A DNA stretch of 47,579 nt from a virus. Lineage: Duplodnaviria; Caudoviricetes. The notes below the pieces were generated by a model that searched no databases, had not been told where the DNA came from, and saw only the letters and a program-made list of their open reading frames with translations. The stretch lies in IMG/VR virus record IMGVR_UViG_3300017700_000512, positions 1-47,579 of that record. The stretch is one strand, 5' to 3'. This document shows, one piece after another, positions 1 through 8,546 of this stretch. Positions within the stretch are counted from its first letter, which is position 1. Each line of letters begins with the position of its first letter. The translations under genes were made by a program, and so were the position numbers.

Positions 1-123
1 CATGCCCTCGTCCACGAACCGCTGAATGTCTCGGTTGATCGAGAGGTTCACCGTGCCGCCCTCGCCGTTGCGCTGCTTCTCCAGGATGAACATCGTCGTG
101 CCCGACTCGCGGTGATGCTTGCG
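1..123. repeat. Terminal direct repeat, copy 1 (identical to 47457-47579)
   Basis: First 123 nt (catgccctcg...gatgcttgcg) match the last 123 nt exactly. The repeat lies mid-gene, consistent with a circular assembly overlap. Confidence 0.97.
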
Positions 124-1362
124 GTGCAGGAACGCCACGATGTCCGCGTCCTGCTCCAGGGCGCCCGACTCGCGCAGGTCGGAGAGGATCGGCCGCTTGT
201 CCGATCGGCTGTCGCCGGCACGGCTGAGCTGCGACAACACGATCACCGGCGCGTCGACCTCGGCCGCCAGCCACTTCAGGCGGTGCGATATGTCGGTCAG
301 TTCGTCGTTGCGATTCGCGCCGCGACGTTCGAGCGAGCCGGCCACCAGCTGGATGTAGTCGATCACCACCAGGTCGAGACCACCCTCGGCGCGCATCCGT
401 CGACACGCCGCGCGGATGTCGCCCACGGTTTGCCCGCCGCGATCGCTGATGAAGATCGGCAACGTCGACAGGTCACCCATGGCCACACCCAGTCGCTCGT
501 AGTCCTCGGTACCGAGCTGTCCGCGTTTGATGCGCGCGAGCTGCACGCCCGAGAGACTCGCGAGCATGCGGAACTCCAGCTGCGTGGTGCGCATTTCGAG
601 CGAGAAGATGGCGACGCGCTTGCCGGTCTTCGCGGCCGATACCGCTGTGTTCAGCGTGAACATCGTTTTCCCGATCGACGGCCGCGCGCCGATCACGATC
701 ATGTCTCCGCGCTGCCAGCCGAGGGTCAGCTCGTTGATGGACGCGAAGCCGGTGTCGATGCCGCGCAGCTCGCCTGGGTGATTCGTGAACCACTCGATGT
801 CCGCGTAGAGACGCGACTGCGACTCGCGCACGTCAGCCATCTCGCTGCGTTCGACGCCGCGCTGCAGGTCGATGATGGCCAGGTCGGCCTTGTTGATGAG
901 GTCCACCGCCGGCAGCTCGCGGTCGTAGGCCTGGGTCAGCATCTCGCCGGCCAGCTTGATCGCACCGCGTCGCGTCGCGTGCTCCTTCACGATGTTGGCG
1001 TACTGCGCGATGTTCGTGGAGCGCGGCACGCCGTCGGTCAGTCCGCTGATGTACGAGATGCCGCCGCACTCGTCGAGCTGGCCGATGCGATCGATCTCGG
1101 TCTTCAGCGTGAGGATGTCGACCGGGCTGGGTTCCTTGCCGTTGCGGTCGAGCAGTCCCGCGATGCACTCGAAGATGGTCTGGTGCGCGCGTCGATAGAA
1201 GTCGCGCGCTTTGACCATGGTGATGGCGCGATCGAACGTCGCGTTGTTCACGATGATGGCGCCGAGCAGTGCCTTCTCGGCTTCGATGCTGTGCGGCAGG
1301 GTGCGCTCCTGCGGCAGCTCGACCTCGCCTGCTGCTGGTGGGGCGGTGCGTCGCTTCGCCAT
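1..1362 (-). CDS. dnaB: Replicative DNA helicase DnaB, N-terminal 454 codons (continues across the join to 47364; ~484 aa total)
   Basis: Hand translation from ATG 1362 (TGATG overlap with the upstream gene): MAKRRTAPP...ERTLPHSIEAEKALLGAIIVNN, Walker A IVIGARPSIGKT, FSLEM, DYIQL. Missing from the ORF track because it runs off the window edge. Confidence 0.95.
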   Translation of the reverse strand, partial: MAKRRTAPPAAGEVELPQERTLPHSIEAEKALLGAIIVNNATFDRAITMVKARDFYRRAHQTIFECIAGLLDRNGKEPSPVDILTLKTEIDRIGQLDECGGISYISGLTDGVPRSTNIAQYANIVKEHATRRGAIKLAGEMLTQAYDRELPAVDLINKADLAIIDLQRGVERSEMADVRESQSRLYADIEWFTNHPGELRGIDTGFASINELTLGWQRGDMIVIGARPSIGKTMFTLNTAVSAAKTGKRVAIFSLEMRTTQLEFRMLASLSGVQLARIKRGQLGTEDYERLGVAMGDLSTLPIFISDRGGQTVGDIRAACRRMRAEGGLDLVVIDYIQLVAGSLERRGANRNDELTDISHRLKWLAAEVDAPVIVLSQLSRAGDSRSDKRPILSDLRESGALEQDADIVAFLHRKHHRESGTTMFILEKQRNGEGGTVNLSINRDIQRFVDEGM

Positions 1363-1874
1363 CAGCGGGCCGCCTCTCGGCTTTCCTGCAGCTTGCGCTT
1401 CGTGTGCGTCTGGTCGTCGATGCAGGCCGGCACATGCCGGCAGTCGATCGGCGGTGCGGCCATCGTGCTCTGGTTCAGGTTCGAGCCGAACTTGTTCACC
1501 GACGCCGCGAAGAGCGCGACCGGGTGGAACGCCTGCACGTAGATGCCGCTGTCGGTGGCCAGGTAGCGGTCGATGCGCGCGGCCACCTCGTCCGGCCCCA
1601 GCGCCACCACGAGGCGCTTCAGCGCGGCGATCTCCTTCGCGTAGGACGGCACGTACGCAGTGCCGTAGCGCGCCTGCCACTGCTGCGCGAAGAACGTCAG
1701 CAGGTCCTTCGCGTGCAGAGCCGGCGTCGACTCGGCGTTGAGCAGCGCGCGGATCTCCTGCGTGCGTTCGAGCAGCGCGGTGATGGCCGCTTCCAGGTCG
1801 TCCAGTTTGCGGATGGCCGCCGGCTTCGGTTTGCGGCCAGGTTGCTGCAGTCCCTTTGGTTTCAATTCGCCCAC
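1362..1874 (-). CDS. Putative replication initiator or helicase loader (170 aa)
   Basis: Translationally coupled to dnaB. Helical phage Rep C-terminal-like region (FFAQQWQARYG...IDRYLA...HPVALF) and a C-terminal CxHxPxC. Confidence 0.55.
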   Translation of the reverse strand: MGELKPKGLQQPGRKPKPAAIRKLDDLEAAITALLERTQEIRALLNAESTPALHAKDLLTFFAQQWQARYGTAYVPSYAKEIAALKRLVVALGPDEVAARIDRYLATDSGIYVQAFHPVALFAASVNKFGSNLNQSTMAAPPIDCRHVPACIDDQTHTKRKLQESREAAR

Positions 1875-2160
1875 GTTTCCCCCCTTGTACCCCCGATCCA
1901 GGATCGAGAGATCAAGCTGCTAAGTCACATCAGATCAGGATCTTCTCAGTGAAGCATCGAGACCAACCAGATACACTTCGGGACATCTTTTTCTCTTCAT
2001 GCAGGCTGTCGCCTTGAAGTAAAAAGCAGCTCTCGGTGCTACACGACGCATGAGAGGACGGGGCGCGAAGATGTCCCACAGCGCTCTTCCCCGTACGTTT
2101 TCGGGACTAGCCCGTACCAGGTTCCGGCTCGACCTGGCGACCATTTTGATAAGGGGGTTG
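1875..2160. other. Structured non-coding region upstream of the initiator; candidate origin or leader RNA
   Basis: Lower GC. Nested inverted repeats: gggacatctt 1980-1989/aagatgtccc 2068-2077 and ctcttcatgc 1993-2002/gcatgagag 2048-2056. Five GATC within 1895-1942. Confidence 0.45.
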
Positions 2161-2162
2161 AC

Positions 2163-2193
2163 TTGCAAAGGGAGGGTGGTGGCGAGGTAGACT
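2163..2193 (+). promoter_or_regulatory. Putative antisense sigma70-type promoter
   Basis: TTGCAA (2163-2168), 19-nt spacer, TAGACT (2188-2193). Points at a plus-strand terminator ~80 nt downstream. Confidence 0.45.
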
Positions 2194-2199
2194 TGGTGC

Positions 2200-2280
2200 G
2201 CGGTCACCTCGCCCCGCTCCCGTGTCCAACCCACGGTATCGGGTGGCCCGATCGGACTTCCATCCGGTCGGGCCGTTTTA
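2200..2280 (+). ncRNA. Putative ~80-nt antisense countertranscript RNA to the replication-gene leader
   Basis: Bounded by the promoter above and a terminator GGCCCGATCGGA-6 nt-TCCGGTCGGGCC-GTTTT. Its U-G wobble pairs only in plus-strand RNA. Confidence 0.45.
2245..2280 (+). terminator. Rho-independent terminator, antisense direction
   Basis: 12-bp GC-rich stem (2245-2256/2263-2274) followed by GTTTTAGTTTG. Confidence 0.6.
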
Positions 2281-2307
2281 GTTTGTAGTCGATCACTTAC
2301 CCGCAGG

Positions 2308-2568
2308 TCAAGCCGGCACGATCTCCGCGACGCTGCCGAGCAGGTTGACCTTCGCGTCATGCGCCACCAGGTAGGCCCTCGGCGACGTCGCGCAGCTCAC
2401 CGTCGACAACGGCACCTTCACCAGCACACCCGTCACTGCGTAGTAGTTCCAGGCGCCGCCAGCTTTCGGCCGCTCCTGCACCGCCCACACGCGACCATCG
2501 CGGCGCGTCAGGCGATCGATGTGGATCCAGACCTCTCCGAACTCTGCCGGCTTTTTCAGCTTCTTCAT
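2308..2568 (-). CDS. Hypothetical protein (86 aa)
   Basis: ATGA overlap with the helicase stop, RBS-like GAGG, normal composition. Confidence 0.7.
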   Translation of the reverse strand: MKKLKKPAEFGEVWIHIDRLTRRDGRVWAVQERPKAGGAWNYYAVTGVLVKVPLSTVSCATSPRAYLVAHDAKVNLLGSVAEIVPA

Positions 2569-4382
2569 CGGCCCTCTGCCTTTCTGCGTTTGTTGACCAG
2601 GCGGCGGGCGTCGATGAAGTCTGATGCTTCGCCGGCCGTGAGCTTCTCACGGATAGGTGCGCGCATGTTCCGCAGCAGTTGAATCTGCTTCTCCGACGCC
2701 GGCTTGTTGCGCCAGCTCGCCGACGAGTCCTTCATCCGAAACACCGACGTGCGGTGGTTGATCATGAACCGCTCGGCTGATCGTAGTGCTTCGTTCGCCG
2801 AGTCCATGCCGGCGGCGATGATGTTGGCCGTCGTCTCGATCGTGCCGTTGCCGAGCTTCTGGCGATACGACGTCGCGACCTCGAAGCGGCCGAGCAGGTC
2901 CACGCCGACGATGAGGGTCTCGGTGGCGTCTTCCCAGGGGTACTGCAGACGGAAGGCCTCGGGTCCCGTGCGCACCCACTTCAGGCGCAGGCCCTGGCCG
3001 TGGGCGCCGAGGTCCGGCAGCTGCCACAGGTCGATCGTCTTCACCCGGGCGCGCAGCTCGTCGAGGGTGATGTGCCCGTAGCTGTGGATGTCCAGCGAGG
3101 GGAACTCTTCCATCACATCTTCGATGAACCGCGCGACGTCTTCGAGCTGCCGGCCCTGCGCCATCACACCAGGCGGTAGACCGTAGAGCACCGGCGAGGT
3201 GGCCAGCGAGTGCTTCGAGGTGACGTCGACCACGTCGATGACAATGCAGTCCTGCTTGCCTTCGAACAGCCGCAGCCCGCGACCCGTCATCTGCTCGTAG
3301 AGCGAGGCGCTGCGTGTGGGCTTGCAGTGCAGGATGCACCCGGTGATCGGCAGGTCGGTGCCCTCGGTCAGGACCATGCAGTTCGAGAGCAGCTGCAGCC
3401 GGCCGTCCGAGAACGCGCGCAGCAGCTGCTGGCGCTCGGGCTTCGGCGTCTCGCCTGACAGCGCAGCGGCCTCGACGCCGGCAGCGGTGAAGGCGGCCGC
3501 GATGGCGTGTGCGTGGGCCACGTCGACCGTGAAGGCGATCGTGGACCGGTCGCTCGCGTACTCTTCCCAGGCCGCCACCGCCAGCTGGTTGCGGCGCTCC
3601 AGGTTGACCGCCTTGGCCAGGTCCTTCTGGTTGAACTCCTGCCCGACCAGCTTGACGTCGTCGAGGTCCAGGTCGGTCTCGACCACCCAGGGGACGATCG
3701 GCACCAGCCACCCGTCGTTGATGGCGGCGCGCAGCTCGTAGCTGAACGCGATGCTCTGGAACACCGACGTCAGCCCGACCGCGTCTGACCGGTTCGGCGT
3801 CGCCGTGACACCCACCAGCACCTGGTCCTTGGAGCTGACCTGGTCCCACTCGCGCAGGTCCCGCTCCATCTGCTTCTGGTTCTTGCCCCAGCTCTTGGCC
3901 TCGTTCGATTCCGCCAGCGGAAGGAAACCGAGGCGGGCCAGGGTGGTGCGGTAGGTGTCAGCGGCCGCGTGGTGGGCCTCGTCGACCACCACGATACGGA
4001 ACCGGTGGTGCCCCATCAGGCGGTCCAGGCGGCGATACCCGGACGCCTGGAGGGTCTGAATGCTGGCGACCACGACATCGGCCGTCCTGGTGGCGTACCG
4101 CTCGCCCTGCTCGACCGCCACCCGCAGGTGGGGGTTGGCTGCCAGGATCTTGGCGGCCGCCTGGTCGAGCAGCTCCTCGCGGTGGGCGATGACCAGCATC
4201 TTGCGTTCGTTGGCCGGGTAGCAGTCCAGCCAGGCCCGCAGGCCGGCGTGCTGGAGCATGGCGGCGAACGTCACCGTCTTGCCGGTGCCCGTCGGGCTTT
4301 TCACCAGCAGCCGGTTCTGGCCGGCCAGCATGGCGCCTGCGAGGCGTTCGAGGGTCTCGGCCTGGTAAGGGCGCAGGATCAC
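2565..4382 (-). CDS. SF2 DEAH helicase, Irc3-like
   Basis: LRPYQ, SPTGTGKT, DEAHH, TATPNRSD, TEGTDLP, QMTGRGLR and C-terminal WRNKPASEKQ...LTAGEAS. Confidence 0.92.
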   Translation of the reverse strand: MILRPYQAETLERLAGAMLAGQNRLLVKSPTGTGKTVTFAAMLQHAGLRAWLDCYPANERKMLVIAHREELLDQAAAKILAANPHLRVAVEQGERYATRTADVVVASIQTLQASGYRRLDRLMGHHRFRIVVVDEAHHAAADTYRTTLARLGFLPLAESNEAKSWGKNQKQMERDLREWDQVSSKDQVLVGVTATPNRSDAVGLTSVFQSIAFSYELRAAINDGWLVPIVPWVVETDLDLDDVKLVGQEFNQKDLAKAVNLERRNQLAVAAWEEYASDRSTIAFTVDVAHAHAIAAAFTAAGVEAAALSGETPKPERQQLLRAFSDGRLQLLSNCMVLTEGTDLPITGCILHCKPTRSASLYEQMTGRGLRLFEGKQDCIVIDVVDVTSKHSLATSPVLYGLPPGVMAQGRQLEDVARFIEDVMEEFPSLDIHSYGHITLDELRARVKTIDLWQLPDLGAHGQGLRLKWVRTGPEAFRLQYPWEDATETLIVGVDLLGRFEVATSYRQKLGNGTIETTANIIAAGMDSANEALRSAERFMINHRTSVFRMKDSSASWRNKPASEKQIQLLRNMRAPIREKLTAGEASDFIDARRLVNKRRKAEGR

Positions 4383-4681
4383 GACGTCGGCTCCTCACCG
4401 GCCGCCAGGGCCAGCAGGGCGGTCTCCACGTCGTGGGCCACCACGACCAGGATGTAGCGCCAGCCCAGGCCGATGCTCGCGTGGTCAGGGGCGTGCAGGA
4501 CGCCGACCTTGCCCTCGCCGGCCAGGACGCTCTTCCCGTAGGCGAAGCACACTCGGCGCCCGACATCGAGGCTCCCGAGGTCTTTGTTCTCGAAGACCCC
4601 GATCGCGGTGTCGCCGTCTTCCAGCCACCGTGCGAACGTCTCGGCCGGTCCCTCTGCTCGTGTCGCTTTGCGAATCGCCAT
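4379..4681 (-). CDS. Hypothetical protein (MAIRKATRAEG..., 100 aa)
   Basis: ATG 4681 after a GGGAGG RBS; GTGA overlap with the helicase start. Confidence 0.7.
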   Translation of the reverse strand: MAIRKATRAEGPAETFARWLEDGDTAIGVFENKDLGSLDVGRRVCFAYGKSVLAGEGKVGVLHAPDHASIGLGWRYILVVVAHDVETALLALAAGEEPTS

Positions 4682-4682
4682 G

Positions 4683-4829
4683 TCAGCCCTCCCTCTCGAA
4701 CCCGTCGAACCAACCCTCACCCTTGGTGTCCGGCCGCTGGCACCAGGCCTGCGCCTCTGCCAGGGTCAGACCCGTCTTCAGCACCTTCCGCCGGCCGTTG
4801 AACTTGAAGCGAACGATTCGGTATGTCAT
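4683..4829 (-). CDS. Small early phage protein (MTYRIVRFKFNG...GLTLAEAQAWC, 48 aa)
   Basis: Start reassigned to ATG 4829; fits the tightly packed operon. Confidence 0.65.
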   Translation of the reverse strand: MTYRIVRFKFNGRRKVLKTGLTLAEAQAWCQRPDTKGEGWFDGFEREG

Positions 4830-4834
4830 CGCGG

Positions 4835-5071
4835 TCACCAGGTTTTCTTGCGTGCGTAGAAGGAGCCGTCCACCAGGGCCGGCCAGTGCGGAATGTTGCG
4901 GCCGTCGAGCACGACGTTCGGCAGCCGGCGATAGATCACCCGGACCATGTGGTCCTCGGTGCAGCCCGTGATGGCCTCGATGCCGAAGATGTCCTCGGGC
5001 TGCGGCTTGCTGAAGTCGAGCCGGCCGTCGGCGTCGCGCTTCTCGATCACCCACTTCTGATTCAGGCTCAT
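4835..5071 (-). CDS. Hypothetical protein (MSLNQKWVIEK..., 78 aa)
   Basis: GGAGG RBS; ATGA overlap with the upstream gene. Confidence 0.7.
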   Translation of the reverse strand: MSLNQKWVIEKRDADGRLDFSKPQPEDIFGIEAITGCTEDHMVRVIYRRLPNVVLDGRNIPHWPALVDGSFYARKKTW

Positions 5072-5304
5072 CGTTCGATCCTCCACCAGCCGTTGCTGTG
5101 CTGCTTCACGATGCCGCGCTCGGCCAGGATGGCCAGCAGCTGGCTCTGGTTGAGCACCTGGCCGATGCCGAACGTCTGGATGTCCCAGGCCCCGTGCCCG
5201 AGCTGCGTCGCGTGGCCCTTCTGCCACTGCCGGCGCAACCAGATCGACGTCGCCCCTTCGGCGCTCGCGAACTCGCTGTTCTCAATCGAGGGCTTCAGGC
5301 TCAT
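5068..5304 (-). CDS. Hypothetical protein (MSLKPSIENSEF..., 78 aa)
   Basis: ATGA overlaps at both ends. Confidence 0.65.
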   Translation of the reverse strand: MSLKPSIENSEFASAEGATSIWLRRQWQKGHATQLGHGAWDIQTFGIGQVLNQSQLLAILAERGIVKQHSNGWWRIER

Positions 5305-5525
5305 CGCGCCACCAGCCCGTCGTTGTGAATGCCGAACAGGATGTCGCCGAGGTAGCGGTGCTCGATGACCACGCCGTTGCCACCCCAGCGGGGCGCGTCG
5401 AGCGGCAGGTGGTCGTCGACCCACTGCTGGGCCTCGTCGTTCTGCGGGTAGAGAATTGCCACGCTGCCCTCGTTCTGCACGAGGAAGTCGGTCTGCACGT
5501 CGCCAGGTCGTCCGATGTCTGCCAT
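5301..5525 (-). CDS. Hypothetical acidic early protein (MADIGRPGD..., 74 aa)
   Basis: GGAGG RBS before ATG 5525; first gene after promoter A. Confidence 0.7.
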   Translation of the reverse strand: MADIGRPGDVQTDFLVQNEGSVAILYPQNDEAQQWVDDHLPLDAPRWGGNGVVIEHRYLGDILFGIHNDGLVAR

Positions 5526-5575
5526 GGGTCCCTCCAAGGACAGGCGGTTCAGGTCTCGCTGAACTCGCCACGGGA

Positions 5576-5620
5576 AAGATACAGCCGGCAGGGTGTTTGT
5601 GTCAACAACTCCCTGCCGGC
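5576..5620 (-). promoter_or_regulatory. Promoter A with 14-bp box, embedded in a terminator-like hairpin
   Basis: TTGACA-18-TATCTT. Box GTTGTTGACACAAA (5596-5609) is flanked by GCCGGCAGGG/CCCTGCCGGC arms and followed by TGTATCTTT. Confidence 0.75.
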
Positions 5621-5626
5621 GTCGGG

Positions 5627-7165
5627 TCAGAGCTTGTGAGTGGCCAGGACCAGCACGTCCTTCGCGCGGGTGATGGCGACGTATTCGATGTTCTGCTCCT
5701 CGCGCTGCGCCTTGGGATCCGGCACGTAGCCGTCGGGGCAGCTGCAGCTGTTCGGCCGCTTGCGGCACGTCTCGCACCCGACGGCGGGGTTGAGGGTGTC
5801 CGTGAGCATGAACACGCGCTCGGCTTCGAGGCCCTTCGCCTTGTGCACCGAGCTGCAGACGATCTGCGAGGGCACGTCGGCCGTGTTGTCGGCGAACAGG
5901 TTGTCGAGGCGCACGAGCAGCTCGGGGATGCCGGCGCAGCCATCGACCAGCGCCAGCAGGGTGGCGTGCTGGTCCGCGATCTGGTCGACCTTGTTCGGCA
6001 GCTTCGCCTTCTCGGCGCGCTCGGTCTCGCGTTCCTTCCAGGTGCCCAGCTTCTCCAGCAGCTTCGGGATGGACGACCGTGCCGGCCCGGTGGCCAGCTT
6101 GGTGATGATCGACTTCAGGCCGGCGCCGATGTCGCGGCCTTCGATCTTCGCGCGCTTGCCGGCGCGGATGAGCGCCAGGGCCAGGCCCACCAGCGGCGCG
6201 TTGGTGCGCGACAGGATGAAGTCCCCCGGCGAGGCCAGCTGCAGCATGTGCTCGCGAGCCGCCGACGTGATGGCGCCACGCGGGTTGCTCAGCGCGGCCT
6301 CGAAGTCCGGCACGATGCGGCGCGCGTGGTCGACGATGACCTGGCCGCAGCGATACGTCGTCGTGAGGCTCAGCTCGTCAGCCTGCAGCTCGGCCTTCAG
6401 GCGGTCGAGCGAGTCACTGTCGGCGCCACGAAAGCCGTAGATCGCCTGGCGGTCATCACCGACCACCACCACCCGGCCCGAGCAGGACCCCTGCGCGAGC
6501 AGCAGCTGCACCGGCGTCATGTCCTGGGCCTCGTCGATCACGACCAGGTCGTAGCAGGGACGCAGCCAGCGGTTGCGGATGGGCAGGAAGAGCATGTCCG
6601 CGAAGTCGATGCCGGTCGTCGGCTTCGTGCGGGCCGCGACGTTGGCAGCGGCGATCGCCTTGTCGCACACCCAGTGCAGGTCGAAGCCGTCGTTCTTCCA
6701 GCTGCCGTCCGGCTCGCAGTCGAACTGCGTCGCGATGTCGTACACCTCGTCGGCGGCGGTGGCCAGGGGCGCCAGCTCGCGGACCTTCGTGCAGAGCTTG
6801 CCCACCAGGCGCTTCAGCGGGTCCGGCGCCTGGTCGTCGACCACGGCCGCCACCAGGCTGTCGACGCGCGTGCTGCCGTTCGCGACCCGCACACCGTCCC
6901 AGTAGCGGCGCACGCTACGGTACCCAAGCGAGTGAGACGTCAGGACCTCGGCGTTGGGGTTCTGCACTTTCCCCTGCGCTTCGATCTGGTTGCGCTTGTT
7001 GAAGACCAGGTAGACGATGCGCGCTTCAGGGGCGCGGTTGATGCCCTCGTTCACCGTCGTTGTCTTGCCGGTACCGGCGCGAGCGCGCACGACCAGGTTG
7101 TTGCCGGTGGGATGTTGGAACCAGTTGAAGATCGCCTGCTGTTGAATCGACCACGTTCTCGCCAT
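5627..7165 (-). CDS. SF1 UvrD/Rep-like helicase with C-terminal Cys cluster
   Basis: ARAGTGKTT, FNK, IDEAQD, VGDDRQAIYGFRGA, SVHKAKGLE, YVAITRAK and CETC...CSC. Start ATG 7165 after GGAGG. Confidence 0.93.
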   Translation of the reverse strand: MARTWSIQQQAIFNWFQHPTGNNLVVRARAGTGKTTTVNEGINRAPEARIVYLVFNKRNQIEAQGKVQNPNAEVLTSHSLGYRSVRRYWDGVRVANGSTRVDSLVAAVVDDQAPDPLKRLVGKLCTKVRELAPLATAADEVYDIATQFDCEPDGSWKNDGFDLHWVCDKAIAAANVAARTKPTTGIDFADMLFLPIRNRWLRPCYDLVVIDEAQDMTPVQLLLAQGSCSGRVVVVGDDRQAIYGFRGADSDSLDRLKAELQADELSLTTTYRCGQVIVDHARRIVPDFEAALSNPRGAITSAAREHMLQLASPGDFILSRTNAPLVGLALALIRAGKRAKIEGRDIGAGLKSIITKLATGPARSSIPKLLEKLGTWKERETERAEKAKLPNKVDQIADQHATLLALVDGCAGIPELLVRLDNLFADNTADVPSQIVCSSVHKAKGLEAERVFMLTDTLNPAVGCETCRKRPNSCSCPDGYVPDPKAQREEQNIEYVAITRAKDVLVLATHKL

Positions 7166-7168
7166 GAA

Positions 7169-7218
7169 CAAAACCTCCAGCGCCCATTATGGGTCCACTG
7201 GAGGTTTGTGTCAACAAC
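7169..7218 (-). promoter_or_regulatory. Promoter B with 14-bp box and a hairpin centred on the -10
   Basis: TTGACA-17-CATAAT; box 7205-7218. AAACCTCCAG/CTGGAGGTTT arms sequester the helicase RBS. Confidence 0.8.
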
Positions 7219-7227
7219 CGTCTGCGC

Positions 7228-7458
7228 TCAGGAGAACGGGTTGCTTGTGGCCAGCTGGCGCTTCAGCTCGACCCACCGATCGTCTCGCCGATCCATGCTC
7301 ACGAACTTGTCCTCGTAGTACGCGCCGTTGTCGGGCTGCGGGCGGTGAGACGACAGCGAGCGCCAGAAGCGGATCGACGGCTGCTTGCCGTTGAGGGTGT
7401 CCACGTCAGTGACGTGGGCGAGGTTGATGACACGGCCGTCCTGCAGTTGCCACCACAT
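7228..7458 (-). CDS. Hypothetical protein (MWWQLQDGRVINL..., 76 aa)
   Basis: ATG 7458 lies 2 nt after the upstream stop. Confidence 0.7.
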   Translation of the reverse strand: MWWQLQDGRVINLAHVTDVDTLNGKQPSIRFWRSLSSHRPQPDNGAYYEDKFVSMDRRDDRWVELKRQLATSNPFS

Positions 7459-7460
7459 CG

Positions 7461-8489
7461 TCACACCACCTTCGTCGTCGGCTTGGCGACCACACCGGGC
7501 CACCGGTCCAGGTTGCGCTGCAGCGACCGCGCGTACTCGTTCAGCTTCACGCGGTCGATCTGCAGGATGTCCGTTGGAATGCCCAGCTCCTGGCGCTTCC
7601 AGCTGTCGAGCACCGCCGCGATGAGCGCCGGCTCGTCGAACAGGTCGGCCGCCCACGTCGTGCGCGAGACGGCGCCGACTGCCCGGGTGACCGCTGGCTT
7701 GACCTCGATCTTCTCAGCCCGCACCGGCGCGGCCTCGACCGCCTTGGCCTGCTCGCGCAGCGCGAAGGCCTGCTGTGCGGCGGTGATGGCCTCCAGGATC
7801 TTCGTGTAGGTCAGCAACTGCGGCCCCTTCGTCGAGGGGTTCTTGTAGCCGGCGTCGGCTGCGGCCTGTGCCGCGTTCTGCTTCAGCACGTAGGCGTTCA
7901 CGAACACCACCTCGCGCGCCGACAGCTCGGGCGACTCCACTTCGAGCGCGGCCGCTTCCGCCTCGATGCGGTCCAGCTCGGCCTGGCGCTCGCGTGCGGC
8001 GCGTTCGTTCTCCTCGCGCTGCAGCTGCTCCTGGCGCTCGCGTGCGATGCGCTTCTGGTCATCGACGAACGTGTTGTGCTGCTTGTTGAGGTGGACCGAG
8101 GCGGCTTCGAGCGCATCCTCGGCGACCTTGCGACGCCCGGTCATCCGGCGGTGCACGCGGCTGATCAGCGCGGTGATCTCCCAGTGCGTCTGCACCGCCT
8201 TCTTCTCGATGTTCACCGCCTTGATGGCCAGCTGCAGGTGCTCGTCCTCTTCGGCCGTCTTCGGCACGGGCACGGTGAGCGCGCGGGCCTCGCGTTCCTT
8301 CGCCGCGACCTCGATCGTCTTGGCGGTCTCGTAGAACGTGGCCAGCTTCTTCAGGAACGCGGTGATGACTGGGACATCAGCAACGGTCTCCACGAACTCG
8401 TTGCGGACGGGATCGATGATGGTGCTGAACGTGCCGGGGACCAGGGACTGCTGCGGGGTGTCTTGCTTCGACTTCGACTGCTTCGCCAT
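7461..8489 (-). CDS. Coiled-coil early protein with an inserted small-terminase-like HTH
   Basis: Long E/R/Q/A coiled coil containing LSAREVVFVNAYVLKQNAAQAAADAGYK...QLL...ILEAI. Confidence 0.8.
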   Translation of the reverse strand: MAKQSKSKQDTPQQSLVPGTFSTIIDPVRNEFVETVADVPVITAFLKKLATFYETAKTIEVAAKEREARALTVPVPKTAEEDEHLQLAIKAVNIEKKAVQTHWEITALISRVHRRMTGRRKVAEDALEAASVHLNKQHNTFVDDQKRIARERQEQLQREENERAARERQAELDRIEAEAAALEVESPELSAREVVFVNAYVLKQNAAQAAADAGYKNPSTKGPQLLTYTKILEAITAAQQAFALREQAKAVEAAPVRAEKIEVKPAVTRAVGAVSRTTWAADLFDEPALIAAVLDSWKRQELGIPTDILQIDRVKLNEYARSLQRNLDRWPGVVAKPTTKVV

Positions 8490-8494
8490 AACGG

Positions 8495-8542
8495 AACCTC
8501 CACCGCCGATGGTAGTCGACGGTGGAGGTTTGTGTCAACAAC
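8495..8542 (-). promoter_or_regulatory. Promoter C with 14-bp box and a hairpin centred on the -10
   Basis: TTGACA-18-TACCAT; box 8529-8542. 15-bp arms AACCTCCACCGTCGA/TCGGCGGTGGAGGTT (one G-U) cover the RBS. Confidence 0.8.
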
Positions 8543-8546
8543 TACG

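Noticed and set aside
1-123. Terminal repeat as a biological T7-like DTR or att site
   Set aside because: It falls mid-dnaB and has the size of an assembler overlap; more likely a circularisation artefact.
112-1542. 476-aa plus-strand ORF
   Set aside because: Antisense shadow of dnaB; stop-poor reverse frames are expected in GC-rich coding DNA.
1935-2360. 141-aa minus-strand ORF
   Set aside because: Atypical codons and composition; the region is better explained by an antisense promoter, terminator and inverted repeats. A short leader peptide is not excluded.
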